Below, one piece after another: positions 46,338-54,809 of a DNA stretch of 64,000 bases. How positions within the stretch are numbered: position 1 is the first letter of the stretch; each line of letters opens with the position of its first letter. The notes under the pieces were generated by a model that had not been told where the DNA came from, did not search any database, and was given only the letters and a program-made list of their open reading frames with translations. The DNA lies in the sequence record NC_048792.1; one strand, 5' to 3'. The translations under genes and the position numbers were made by a program.

Positions 46338-46697
46338 ATGAAACTCATCCACGCTATCTTCGCTATCGCTCTTCTGACTTTTGCTGGTTCTGCTTACGCT
46401 AACAACTATCGTCTGTACGATGACTACAACAATGAGATTACTCTTCGCGGTAACATGCTGAAAATTAAGAACGATGCACACGGCGGCGTTACTCGTTGTA
46501 CCTTCAACGAAAACATCACGGGTAAAGAAAGTGATGGTACAACTTACCGTGGTGCTAACTACCTTTGTGGTGGTAAGATGTGGGCTACCTTCACCACTAA
46601 CCAAGAACGTCACACTGTAGAGGTTAGCGTCTTCCTGTACAAAGATACTCTCTACACCAAAGAACTGCCGCTGGCTTCTCTTGAACTCATCGACTAA
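46338..46697 (+). CDS. Secreted protein, C-X22-C family
   Basis: Signal peptide AYA-N; C-TFNENITGKESDGTTYRGANYL-C. Confidence 0.8.
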   Translation: MKLIHAIFAIALLTFAGSAYANNYRLYDDYNNEITLRGNMLKIKNDAHGGVTRCTFNENITGKESDGTTYRGANYLCGGKMWATFTTNQERHTVEVSVFLYKDTLYTKELPLASLELID

Positions 46698-46715
46698 TTA
46701 TTAGGGAACATTACC

Positions 46716-47072
46716 ATGAAAAAGATTTTCTTAGCTCTGCTGATCTCTCTCGTTTCTTTCTCCGCTTTCGCTGACTCCACATACGTGATCGGTCGTGAAG
46801 GTCATCGGATCGTATTTAACAAAACTGACTTTAGTTTTCAGGTAGCAGGTACTAGTACTGTCATCCGTTGTAATTTCAGCGAAACAATCGACGGGATAAC
46901 TGACGGCGGTAACGTCTATACCGCTAAGACTTACGACTGCCCTAATAATAGCTGGGCTGCGGCTAAGTACATGGTGGACTCAGGCGAGCTTTATATCACC
47001 ATCTACAAACGCGGCCAGAAAGAGTCTCTCTTTAACGAGATGTTCACTAGCAAACAAATCAAACACTTTTAA
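46716..47072 (+). CDS. Secreted protein, C-X22-C family
   Basis: Signal peptide AFA-D; C-NFSETIDGITDGGNVYTAKTYD-C. Confidence 0.8.
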   Translation: MKKIFLALLISLVSFSAFADSTYVIGREGHRIVFNKTDFSFQVAGTSTVIRCNFSETIDGITDGGNVYTAKTYDCPNNSWAAAKYMVDSGELYITIYKRGQKESLFNEMFTSKQIKHF

Positions 47073-47090
47073 TCAATAAGGCAATTTGAC

Positions 47091-47432
47091 ATGAACCGTT
47101 TTATCATCGTATTACTGGCTTTGATTTCTTTTAGCGCATATGCTGACACCACGACCCTTAGTGAGGGAACTGACTTTAATGCCGTGATCGGTGATAAAAC
47201 CTCAGTCGTTAATTACGACGACCAGACCCTGTATTGTGAATTAGAGAAGACCAGCCGGGAACTCGATTCAGAATACGGAAAGTATCAACTGAAACTCTAT
47301 AGTTGTGGCGCCAACATCATGTTCGCCCACAAGACTTACGACAACCAACCTTTCACGCAAGCTATCATCGGTGACAAGGCAACCAATGTAGTTTACTACA
47401 GCAACTACTTCAATAAGGAAACAACTAAATGA
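47091..47432 (+). CDS. Secreted protein, C-X22-C family
   Basis: Signal peptide AYA-D; C-ELEKTSRELDSEYGKYQLKLYS-C. Confidence 0.8.
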   Translation: MNRFIIVLLALISFSAYADTTTLSEGTDFNAVIGDKTSVVNYDDQTLYCELEKTSRELDSEYGKYQLKLYSCGANIMFAHKTYDNQPFTQAIIGDKATNVVYYSNYFNKETTK

Positions 47433-47794
47433 AATTCGTTATCGCGTTATTCGTAGCCGTACTGTCCCTGGCATCTTTCTCTGCCAATGCAAGTCTGATC
47501 CACATGAGCGACGCACCTGACTACGATTTCGTAGTGGGCGACACTACTGCTCGGGTCAAAAACCTGCAAACCAATAAAACCTCTCGCTGTACGCTGATGT
47601 ACAACGACAACGGTATCGATAAAGATAACCTTGTCTACGTCGTTAGCTTCTTCCAATGTGATGCAGGCTTCGAGCTGATGGCCAAGATCACAACCGAGAA
47701 CGGCAACATCATCGTAGCCATGATCCGTAACGGTGCCAATAAAGAGTTCTATCGCAAGTACGCTCCTAAAGGTACTTGGGTAGTCATGAACTAA
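47429..47794 (+). CDS. Secreted protein, C-X22-C family
   Basis: Signal peptide ANA-S; C-TLMYNDNGIDKDNLVYVVSFFQ-C. Confidence 0.8.
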   Translation: MKFVIALFVAVLSLASFSANASLIHMSDAPDYDFVVGDTTARVKNLQTNKTSRCTLMYNDNGIDKDNLVYVVSFFQCDAGFELMAKITTENGNIIVAMIRNGANKEFYRKYAPKGTWVVMN

Positions 47795-47798
47795 ATCG

Positions 47799-47826
47799 AT
47801 CCCTCTACCTATCCGGGTAGGGGGAT
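47799..47826 (+). terminator. Intrinsic terminator
   Basis: ATCCCTCTACC...GGTAGGGGGAT-TATTTT. Confidence 0.7.
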
Positions 47827-47913
47827 TATTTTACGCATTACTCTTTTATTTTTTATGAACGCGAAACGTTTCTGAACTCCCCCGTTTCAGAAACCTCTTA
47901 ATCTCCCGCTAAG

Positions 47914-48699
47914 GTGGTACAGATGGGTCGTCAAAAAGCCGCGACAGTTAAACGTCGCGATGTTCGTAAAGCAAAAAGACAAAACAACCGTGGCATCGAT
48001 AATCTGGTAGAGTTCCCAACTGCCGGTAGTCACGACGTTATCGGCATGGCTAAAGAGAAGCGCGATACAAGCCCTCTGGAGCCACGTAACGATAACCAAG
48101 CGCAATACCTTAACGCTTTAGAACTAAGCAACATCGTCGTGTCTACGGGCTCCGCTGGTGCAGGTAAGACCTTTATCTGCGCTGCCTGGGCAGCTGATCG
48201 TCTTCTGGCAAAAGAGACTGATCGGATTATCGTAACACGTCCGGTGTTGACTGCTGAAGAAGATCTGGGTTTCTTGCCCGGTGACATCTCCGAAAAATTC
48301 CGCCCGTTCTTCCGTCCAGTTTACGACGTGTTGCGTAAACGCCTGGGTAATAGCTTCCTCGAGTATTGCCTGAAACCGATGATCGAGAAAGTCGAGATTG
48401 CACCTTTCGCTTACATGCGTGGTCGTACGTTCGATGATGCGGTTGTCATTCTGGACGAAGCTCAGAACGTTACTGTCAACCAGATGCGTCTCTTCATTAC
48501 GCGTATCGGCATGAACTCCACTGTAATTATCAATGGCGACATTGAGCAGTGCGATCTGCCAAACAAAAACGATTCAGGTCTGCTTGATCTGATTCGTCGT
48601 ATTGAAGAACGGGATATTGACATTCCCGTAATCAAGTTCGTTAAGGATGACTGCGTGCGTTCACCGATCTGTCAGCTGGGTCTGGAGATTTATTCGTAA
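47914..48699 (+). CDS. phoH: PhoH-like ATPase/helicase
   Basis: TGSAGAGKT, IIVTRP, LGFLPGDISEK, EIAPFAYMRGRTF, ILDEAQN, GDIEQCDL, CVRS. Confidence 0.95.
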   Translation: MVQMGRQKAATVKRRDVRKAKRQNNRGIDNLVEFPTAGSHDVIGMAKEKRDTSPLEPRNDNQAQYLNALELSNIVVSTGSAGAGKTFICAAWAADRLLAKETDRIIVTRPVLTAEEDLGFLPGDISEKFRPFFRPVYDVLRKRLGNSFLEYCLKPMIEKVEIAPFAYMRGRTFDDAVVILDEAQNVTVNQMRLFITRIGMNSTVIINGDIEQCDLPNKNDSGLLDLIRRIEERDIDIPVIKFVKDDCVRSPICQLGLEIYS

Positions 48700-48705
48700 T
48701 CATTG

Positions 48706-48729
48706 GGTAGAGGGCTTCGGCTCTCTACC
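48706..48729 (+). terminator. Intrinsic terminator
   Basis: GGTAGAGGGC-TTCG-GCTCTCTACC-TTATT. Confidence 0.8.
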
Positions 48730-48750
48730 TTATTCGAATTCTTTTCAGAA

Positions 48751-48769
48751 CTATATCACTTATTTGAAT
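48751..48769 (+). promoter_or_regulatory. Early promoter motif
   Basis: CTATAT-CAC-TTATT-TGAAT. Confidence 0.75.
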
Positions 48770-48803
48770 GAACATTTAATAAAACATATTGGAGTTTTTA
48801 AAG

Positions 48804-48920
48804 ATGGGTGATTTCTTGGACTTTATCATGGGTGCTATTCTTTGTTCTGCTGCTGCGGGGGAATTGGACGAAGAAGAGGAAGAGCTGGAAGTTGGAGAAG
48901 TAGAGGATGAAGACGATTAA
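48804..48920 (+). CDS. 38-aa highly acidic early peptide (not in the ORF track)
   Basis: SD GGAG; MGDFLDFIMGAILCSAAAGELDEEEEELEVGEVEDEDD; flanked by promoter and terminator. Confidence 0.75.
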   Translation: MGDFLDFIMGAILCSAAAGELDEEEEELEVGEVEDEDD

Positions 48921-48931
48921 GTTCGTTCTTC

Positions 48932-48951
48932 GGCAGGGGTAGTTCCCTGCC
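48932..48951 (+). terminator. Intrinsic terminator
   Basis: GGCAGGG-GTAGTT-CCCTGCC-CTCTATTTTTT. Confidence 0.7.
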
Positions 48952-48987
48952 CTCTATTTTTTGTTTTGTCTAATAAGGAGATTCGTT

Positions 48988-49272
48988 GTGCCCCGTTTAC
49001 TTACGTTGATTGTTCCGATTTATGCTGCTGCACTTACTTATATTTTCTCAGTGATCTACAAAGACCTCAGTGAAGATACACTCATGGTTATTACTACGCT
49101 GGGTTTCTCCGGAGTAGTCGTTTGCATTATGCTTTATAGCTACGGTATCTTCCGTAGTACGAATCGCCTCAAGGCGTGGCTGGAGAAAGGGTACTTGGAT
49201 TACCTGTCGATGATCCCAAGTATTTCATTCGCCGTTTCATTAACGATCCTTTTCTACATCATGGACATTTAA
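48988..49272 (+). CDS. Small three-TM membrane protein
   Basis: GTG start after TAAGGAG. Confidence 0.7.
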   Translation: MPRLLTLIVPIYAAALTYIFSVIYKDLSEDTLMVITTLGFSGVVVCIMLYSYGIFRSTNRLKAWLEKGYLDYLSMIPSISFAVSLTILFYIMDI

Positions 49273-49273
49273 A

Positions 49274-49603
49274 ATGATAGAGTATATTCGTTCTGAGAAT
49301 TTCCTGTCTGGCTTTTACTTCGTTCTCTTCGTGGTGTCAACCTTCACGTTCATCGGGATTCGTCACTCTGAAGTCATTGGTCAGTTGACTAGAGCGACGA
49401 CTTGGGTGTTGGTCGCAGCTGGTCTTATGACTATCTTTGGTTTTGTGGTTATCGCACCTATTACTAAAGACTGGAGTCATCTCGGCTTCCTGCCCTTCAC
49501 TTCGTTCCTCGGTTACGTTGTAGCCAGGATCACTACGTCGATGGAGAACGAGAGAGTCGATAACAAGTCTAAACGACGGAGCATTCACCATGCTAAAGAC
49601 TGA
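49274..49603 (+). CDS. Small three-TM membrane protein
   Basis: Hydrophobic helices; basic C-terminal tail. Confidence 0.7.
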   Translation: MIEYIRSENFLSGFYFVLFVVSTFTFIGIRHSEVIGQLTRATTWVLVAAGLMTIFGFVVIAPITKDWSHLGFLPFTSFLGYVVARITTSMENERVDNKSKRRSIHHAKD

Positions 49604-49889
49604 CCAAAAATACCCGCGTCGTGGCGGGGCGGTAGAGAACTTAATCTACCTCGTGCAATTCGTGGTGGTTGTCTTTGGGTACTTCCAGTTCTTGGTTGAG
49701 CCTGAAGACATTTACAACCAACTGGTCTTTATTTTCATTTCGTCGATTATCATTGAGAATCTGGCAGTACTGTGGATTCTCCGTGCTAAGATCGTTACCT
49801 CGGTCACTAATGCAGTTATCTGGTGTGCATTGGGATCGGTACTGGGTTGCGTTATTACAGCCTGGTACTTTGAGGTATTCACGCTTTAA
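49590..49889 (+). CDS. Small three-TM membrane protein
   Basis: Hydrophobic helices. Confidence 0.7.
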   Translation: MLKTDQKYPRRGGAVENLIYLVQFVVVVFGYFQFLVEPEDIYNQLVFIFISSIIIENLAVLWILRAKIVTSVTNAVIWCALGSVLGCVITAWYFEVFTL

Positions 49890-49901
49890 AGGAATCGCTA
49901 G

Positions 49902-50483
49902 ATGTCAAATCTTTACTTCTACTACGCTTCCATGAACTCAGGGAAATCGACCACGCTTATTCAGTCGGCTTACAACTACCGTGAACGCCGTATGCGTCCT
50001 CTGGTAATGAAGCCTGCAATCGATACGCGTGACTCTGAGCAAGAAGTCGTCAGTCGAATCGGCCTTCACGTTGAAGCTGTCATCATCCGTGAAGAGATGG
50101 ATCTTCCGAGCTATATCCGTAACGACATTTTGTTAAACGGAAAGCTGGATTGTATCCTGGTTGATGAGGCTCAATTCCTCACCGCTGCTCAAGTAAGTCA
50201 GTTAGCCTTCATTGTAGACGCTATGGATATCCCAGTGCTCTGCTATGGGCTGCGTAACGACTTCCGTGGTGAAGCGTTCCCTGGTTCTGCTCGGTTGTTA
50301 GCAATGGCTGACAAGTTGGTAGAAATCAAATCGATCTGTTGGTGCGGTTCTAAATCTACTCATGTTCTCCGTTTGGATGGCGAGGGTAAGGTTCTGCGTT
50401 CCGGGCCACAGGTTCAGATTGGGGGTAACGATAGCTACGTAGCTGTCTGCCGTAAACATTGGCGGGAGGGGAAATATGAGTAG
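49902..50483 (+). CDS. tdk: Thymidine kinase (TK1/Tdk type)
   Basis: YASMNSGKST, VVSRIG, LVDEAQF, CYGLRNDFRGEAFPGS, C.CG, IGGNDSYVAVCRKH. Confidence 0.95.
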   Translation: MSNLYFYYASMNSGKSTTLIQSAYNYRERRMRPLVMKPAIDTRDSEQEVVSRIGLHVEAVIIREEMDLPSYIRNDILLNGKLDCILVDEAQFLTAAQVSQLAFIVDAMDIPVLCYGLRNDFRGEAFPGSARLLAMADKLVEIKSICWCGSKSTHVLRLDGEGKVLRSGPQVQIGGNDSYVAVCRKHWREGKYE

Positions 50484-50724
50484 TGCGTGTAAAGTTGCCA
50501 TTGCCGTTACACTGGCATGTTTGACGGTGTTAACTTTGGCACTCGCCGTTCCTAACTTTCACGATGTCGTTCCTTTCTGGATCGCACCTATCGCTTCGAT
50601 CGTTTCTTTCATTGTAGCGGTCGGACTCTTCGTTAGTAAATACCGCGAGGCCAAATGGGCTATTATCGTCCAGTACGTTTCGCTGTACGTCTATATCGTG
50701 TCAGTTATCTGTATCAGTAACTAA
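50476..50724 (+). CDS. Small membrane protein
   Basis: Three hydrophobic helices. Confidence 0.7.
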   Translation: MSSACKVAIAVTLACLTVLTLALAVPNFHDVVPFWIAPIASIVSFIVAVGLFVSKYREAKWAIIVQYVSLYVYIVSVICISN

Positions 50725-50729
50725 GCGTA

Positions 50730-50751
50730 GGGAGGGGTTAATTCCTCTCCC
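50730..50751 (+). terminator. Intrinsic terminator, TTAATT loop
   Basis: GGGAGGGG-TTAATT-CCTCTCCC-TTATTTTT. Confidence 0.8.
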
Positions 50752-50810
50752 TTATTTTTAACCTAAAGGGAACGTATTATGAATAATGCGCATTTCTCCT
50801 GGCCTGATGA

Positions 50811-51263
50811 GTGGTACTGTTAATGTCTGAACATTCGCGCGTAGTTAACGAAGATGGCACCATTACTATCTTCGTAAGTAAGTTAGGTGTCCCGTCTAAA
50901 ATCGACGGACGGATCTATAACGCTTCGGAAGAAGTAATCGATAAGTTCACTAAGGACAACATCGGTAAAGTCGTAGGTACGTTTGGGCACCCGGACATGA
51001 CCGGCTTTGTCGACGTCGCCGATTACTTCAAACGACTCGAAGCAAAAGATCTGTTTAACAGCATCGGGATCTTGGTAGACGCCAACCTTAAGGTAGACGA
51101 GCCGTATCTCGTAATCGAACCGAGCAAGCGCCTCAAAAAGATGGTTGACGATAACGTACCATTTGGGCTGGGTATACGCGCTATTGTGATCGCGCATTCT
51201 CTTGAGTCGAACAATGTTCTGACTATTGAAAAACTCATCGGCTACGATGTCGTCACTAAGTAA
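50811..51263 (+). CDS. Prohead-protease-like (T4 gp21/phiKZ gp175 fold) protein, probably inactive
   Basis: DGRIY...GTFGHPD...R...P...FGLGIRA...LIGYDVV; start may be 50823. Confidence 0.6.
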   Translation: MVLLMSEHSRVVNEDGTITIFVSKLGVPSKIDGRIYNASEEVIDKFTKDNIGKVVGTFGHPDMTGFVDVADYFKRLEAKDLFNSIGILVDANLKVDEPYLVIEPSKRLKKMVDDNVPFGLGIRAIVIAHSLESNNVLTIEKLIGYDVVTK

Positions 51264-51273
51264 CTAAAAACAT

Positions 51274-51289
51274 GAGGGCTTCGGCCCTC
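51274..51289 (+). terminator. Intrinsic terminator
   Basis: GAGGGC-TTCG-GCCCTC-TATTATTTTT. Confidence 0.75.
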
Positions 51290-51313
51290 TATTATTTTTG
51301 TCAGGAGATCACC

Positions 51314-51865
51314 ATGGCTAACAAAACGAGAGAACAGCTGCTCGAAGAATTGAAAGTAGCAATTAACGCAAACGTCCAACATTGCTCCCGCATCGCAAAA
51401 ACAAAAGAAGAAGCGGCCGTCATGGTCGCCGGGTCTATCCTCCGTATTCTGGACGGGGTAACTTCTTCTTTCCCTCACGCAGTTAACCTGGTGGCTAACG
51501 CGAACACGAAAGAGGATAAAGATTATCTTCGCTCAACTAACCGTGATTGGCTGAGTGAGGACACCGACTTTACTCCGATGGATTATATCTATAAAACGAT
51601 AACGATCGATTACCAGCCTGCAGATTTCTTCCCGTCTTTAGTTAAGCGCTATAAAGACATGGCTATGTCGCTTAATCTGGAAGACCCTACTATGACAGGT
51701 AGTCATTTGGTCTGGATGTTAGAAGAGCTGGCTTCTAATGAGGATCAGTCCGATACCAAGAAACATCGTTGGTTAGGTTACATCCAGGGCATCCTTATTG
51801 CGCACGGCGTAACTACCGTCGATAAAGAACGTAACTTTACTCGGAGGATCTTCAATGGTGCGTAA
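51314..51865 (+). CDS. Conserved phage hypothetical protein
   Basis: SD AGGAG; C-terminal KKHRWLGYIQG...G...ERNFTR motif. Confidence 0.8.
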   Translation: MANKTREQLLEELKVAINANVQHCSRIAKTKEEAAVMVAGSILRILDGVTSSFPHAVNLVANANTKEDKDYLRSTNRDWLSEDTDFTPMDYIYKTITIDYQPADFFPSLVKRYKDMAMSLNLEDPTMTGSHLVWMLEELASNEDQSDTKKHRWLGYIQGILIAHGVTTVDKERNFTRRIFNGA

Positions 51866-51980
51866 GGTTTGGGAACGTCGATTAGAGATCATTATCGTTT
51901 TGGTCTTTGTTGTTTGTATCCCAGCCGCAGTGGTTGCGGCATTGATGTTCCTTCTGGAAATGAACGGTAGCCTTAAATGA
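51855..51980 (+). CDS. 41-aa single-TM peptide (not in the ORF track)
   Basis: SD GGAGG; MVRKVWERRLEIIIVLVFVVCIPAAVVAALMFLLEMNGSLK. Confidence 0.6.
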   Translation: MVRKVWERRLEIIIVLVFVVCIPAAVVAALMFLLEMNGSLK

Positions 51981-52102
51981 ATTCTAAAGAAAACTTCATT
52001 TCGTGGATTAACTCGATAGTAACCGCTGCGGTAATTGCGCTGCCGGTACTAATCTCGATGATCTTACTCCTTTACTTTTCTACTGGTGGGGAAGTCTACT
52101 GA
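51977..52102 (+). CDS. 41-aa single-TM peptide (not in the ORF track)
   Basis: ATGA-coupled; MNSKENFISWINSIVTAAVIALPVLISMILLLYFSTGGEVY. Confidence 0.6.
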   Translation: MNSKENFISWINSIVTAAVIALPVLISMILLLYFSTGGEVY

Positions 52103-52563
52103 TGTTCCTTGAAACGTATCGTGATATGTGGAGATCCTTCTATACTCGCTACCGTTACGAAGGGGCAAAAGGAAAGGTCTTTAAATTCGCCGTATCTGAA
52201 GACGTGGCCGATACCTTAGATAAACGCATGGCGGTAATATTCCTAAAAGAGCCTGGGCAAGAACCTAAGCTCCTTTGGGTCTATTACAACGAACCCATTT
52301 ACCCTACAGTTTTCATCAGAGCACTGAAGGCTGCAGGCGTTATTAAAGAGGGTATCGGTTACGAACACGGGTGCGCTGCTAATCTCAGTGTGTCTAGACA
52401 CTCTCGTAGCGATGTCTGGCAGATCTACACGGGTTCGCGGCCATTGTTGAAAGTAGGGTTGTTTAGCTCTACGTTCTACGCCAAAGCTATCGATCATGTC
52501 GGCTTCTTGGTAAATGACCATAAAGCCTTTCTCAAATTCTGTACTAATAAGGGTCTAAAATGA
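52102..52563 (+). CDS. Hypothetical protein
   Basis: TGATG-coupled. Confidence 0.7.
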   Translation: MFLETYRDMWRSFYTRYRYEGAKGKVFKFAVSEDVADTLDKRMAVIFLKEPGQEPKLLWVYYNEPIYPTVFIRALKAAGVIKEGIGYEHGCAANLSVSRHSRSDVWQIYTGSRPLLKVGLFSSTFYAKAIDHVGFLVNDHKAFLKFCTNKGLK

Positions 52564-53630
52564 GCATTGCTACATTAGAGAAATATAAAAAAGGTTTCCA
52601 TGAATCTAAGCGATTTACCCCTTGGATGGTTAACTTTGCCGAAGGTTTCATCGACCTATTCCTCGTAGCAGATGGGGAGTACTCTTATTTGTTGAGTAGT
52701 CGTTTTACGTTGCACGAGCTGAGTGGTCACATCTCCGACCAACCTGCGTTACTCGCAGCGGTCACTGCCATATGGCAATCAAACCCTAACCTGGTTCGCG
52801 TTGTACTGCGCGTTTGTGATCTTTTACAAAACGGTCACCGACTCGACGTACTGGAAGAGATCGATCCAAGTAAGGTTAAGTACGACCAGATGTCGGATGT
52901 AACCTATTACGAAGGTTACGATATCGTTAAACAGGGCGACGAGTGGCTGGCGGTCTATCGTTCGAGAGTCCATCCTAGCGATACTTACAGCACCTGGCAA
53001 AGTTTCGGGGAACGTACTCCGGTTAAGTTCCCATACGACCCGCTGGATGAAGCGGAGAAGACTTACTACACGACCCCGTATATCCCACTTCCGTCTGGCG
53101 GTGAGGAACTGGAGTATACGGCCATTCCTAAAGGGACGGATGTTGATCTCTGGTTAGCTGAACAGGCAACTAAGTACTACTACGGCGTTAAGTATACCGA
53201 ATACGGTAGTACTGTCTGTTTCCTTACTGCGGAACAGGTGACTGCAATTGCTGAGTTATGGGTAGGTAAACTCTCCACTGATGCGTTGGTTAAATCGTTA
53301 GAAGCAAAAGATCCGATGCTAGCTCACCAGATCTTACAACTCTACGGTATGATCTACATTCCGTCTATCCATCTCCCGCCGCTCTACGTAGGTCACGTAC
53401 ATTCTCACCTGCCGGGTATCATGTCACCTGCGCCTAAGTACGACAGTTTTGTACTGGCTGTAGATCCAGATAAGGTTCCAGCCTTCCTGGATAAAATGGG
53501 TACGCGTTACGAGGCGTTCTTTGCTCGTGACGAAAAAGGAAACTACCAACCCGCTAAAGTCAAGCATTTCAAAATGACTGAGGTTGACATCGGTAGCCTG
53601 AAGTTGAAGACCTTCCCTTCTAAACTTTAA
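52560..53630 (+). CDS. Hypothetical protein (356 aa)
   Basis: Coupled ORF ending at a terminator. Confidence 0.8.
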   Translation: MSIATLEKYKKGFHESKRFTPWMVNFAEGFIDLFLVADGEYSYLLSSRFTLHELSGHISDQPALLAAVTAIWQSNPNLVRVVLRVCDLLQNGHRLDVLEEIDPSKVKYDQMSDVTYYEGYDIVKQGDEWLAVYRSRVHPSDTYSTWQSFGERTPVKFPYDPLDEAEKTYYTTPYIPLPSGGEELEYTAIPKGTDVDLWLAEQATKYYYGVKYTEYGSTVCFLTAEQVTAIAELWVGKLSTDALVKSLEAKDPMLAHQILQLYGMIYIPSIHLPPLYVGHVHSHLPGIMSPAPKYDSFVLAVDPDKVPAFLDKMGTRYEAFFARDEKGNYQPAKVKHFKMTEVDIGSLKLKTFPSKL

Positions 53631-53638
53631 AACATAGA

Positions 53639-53660
53639 CGAGTAGGGGAAACCCTACTCG
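53639..53660 (+). terminator. Intrinsic terminator
   Basis: CGAGTAGGG-GAAA-CCCTACTCG-CTTTT. Confidence 0.8.
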
Positions 53661-53698
53661 CTTTTAACGTATCGCCGACTACTATAGAGAGGTGTTAC

Positions 53699-54385
53699 AT
53701 GGAACAATTAATTGAGTTTGCTAAGACGTTCGCAATCGCTGCCCATTCTGCAATCGGGCAAAAGAGAAAGGGTAGCGACATCCCTTACTGGAGACATCCA
53801 GAGCAAGTCGCCAATATCGTAAGTCGTTACCATCCGATTCCTTCGCTCATCGCGGCAGCGTGGCTCCACGACGTATTGGAGGATACTCAGTCGGAGAAGC
53901 GGGACATTGCTTATGCGTTCTTGAATTCAAGGACGTTGCCGGATAAGGCAAGTAGTGAGATGACGATGGCTATGAAGATACTGACTGAACTTACCGATGA
54001 GTTCAAGGGTACTCCTGGCGTTAATCGTCTGTACCGTGTTTCAGCAGAAATCCTTCGCCATTCTCGTTGCGACCTGGATGGATTTTGGGTCGTTAAGATT
54101 GGGGACGTACTCTCTAATCTTTCGTGTAAGGATACCGTAGATCTTTCTTTCCTTCCGGTGTTCTTGTCAGAGACGTATACGTTAATGACTATGGCGCCGG
54201 AGCGCATCAAGGCTTTACCTATTTATCTCGATCTCATGACCGAGTTCGATAAGTATGAAGAAGAGGTTCAATTCAAAGAATCGCTTCGAACCGCTACTTA
54301 CCGTGTAGCGATAAAAACGCTTAACGCTAAATTCCCAAAACCTTTTACTCAGGAGCAACTCCGTGACTACTTCACTTCGAAATGA
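53699..54385 (+). CDS. HD-domain RelA/SpoT-type small alarmone hydrolase (Mesh1/SAH-like)
   Basis: AH...QKRKGSDIPYWRHPEQVA...AAAWLHDVLEDT...VKIGDVLSNL. Confidence 0.85.
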   Translation: MEQLIEFAKTFAIAAHSAIGQKRKGSDIPYWRHPEQVANIVSRYHPIPSLIAAAWLHDVLEDTQSEKRDIAYAFLNSRTLPDKASSEMTMAMKILTELTDEFKGTPGVNRLYRVSAEILRHSRCDLDGFWVVKIGDVLSNLSCKDTVDLSFLPVFLSETYTLMTMAPERIKALPIYLDLMTEFDKYEEEVQFKESLRTATYRVAIKTLNAKFPKPFTQEQLRDYFTSK

Positions 54386-54809
54386 TTTCCCACAAGTTCA
54401 CTTTAACCTGCTGTCTTCTTACGGTCTGGCAGAAGCTTCGGTCGGCTTCATCGACGGTCAACTGAAACGTAACAACGGCTCTCTGATGGCGCTTAAAGCG
54501 AACATGGTAACTAACGTTGCCCGTGCGCTGTATCACAGCGACTATCGCCAGGAACGTACCATCGGGGAAATCAAAGAGCAACTTCGCTCTATGAGTCTTT
54601 ACGAGCTGGGTGTGTTGGGCTATGCGATGACTATCGGGGAAGATAACTTCACCTTTGGTTATATCCAGAACGACGAAGCGCCAACTGCGACTACCGTTGC
54701 CGAGCTGCTGCGCGAAATCCAATCTGCGTTCACCGAGCGCGGTAACACCGTAGCCGATAATATCCTGGCTGCACTCGTAACCGAATATGACAACAAGGCC
54801 CTCAACTGA
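54363..54809 (+). CDS. Hypothetical protein
   Basis: GTG start after AGGAG. Confidence 0.7.
   Translation: MTTSLRNDFPQVHFNLLSSYGLAEASVGFIDGQLKRNNGSLMALKANMVTNVARALYHSDYRQERTIGEIKEQLRSMSLYELGVLGYAMTIGEDNFTFGYIQNDEAPTATTVAELLREIQSAFTERGNTVADNILAALVTEYDNKALN

Noticed and set aside
43635-47794. One-to-one pairing of six secreted paralogues with six tailspikes
   Set aside because: The numerical match may be coincidence, the window shows only part of the genome, and there is no sequence evidence of pairing
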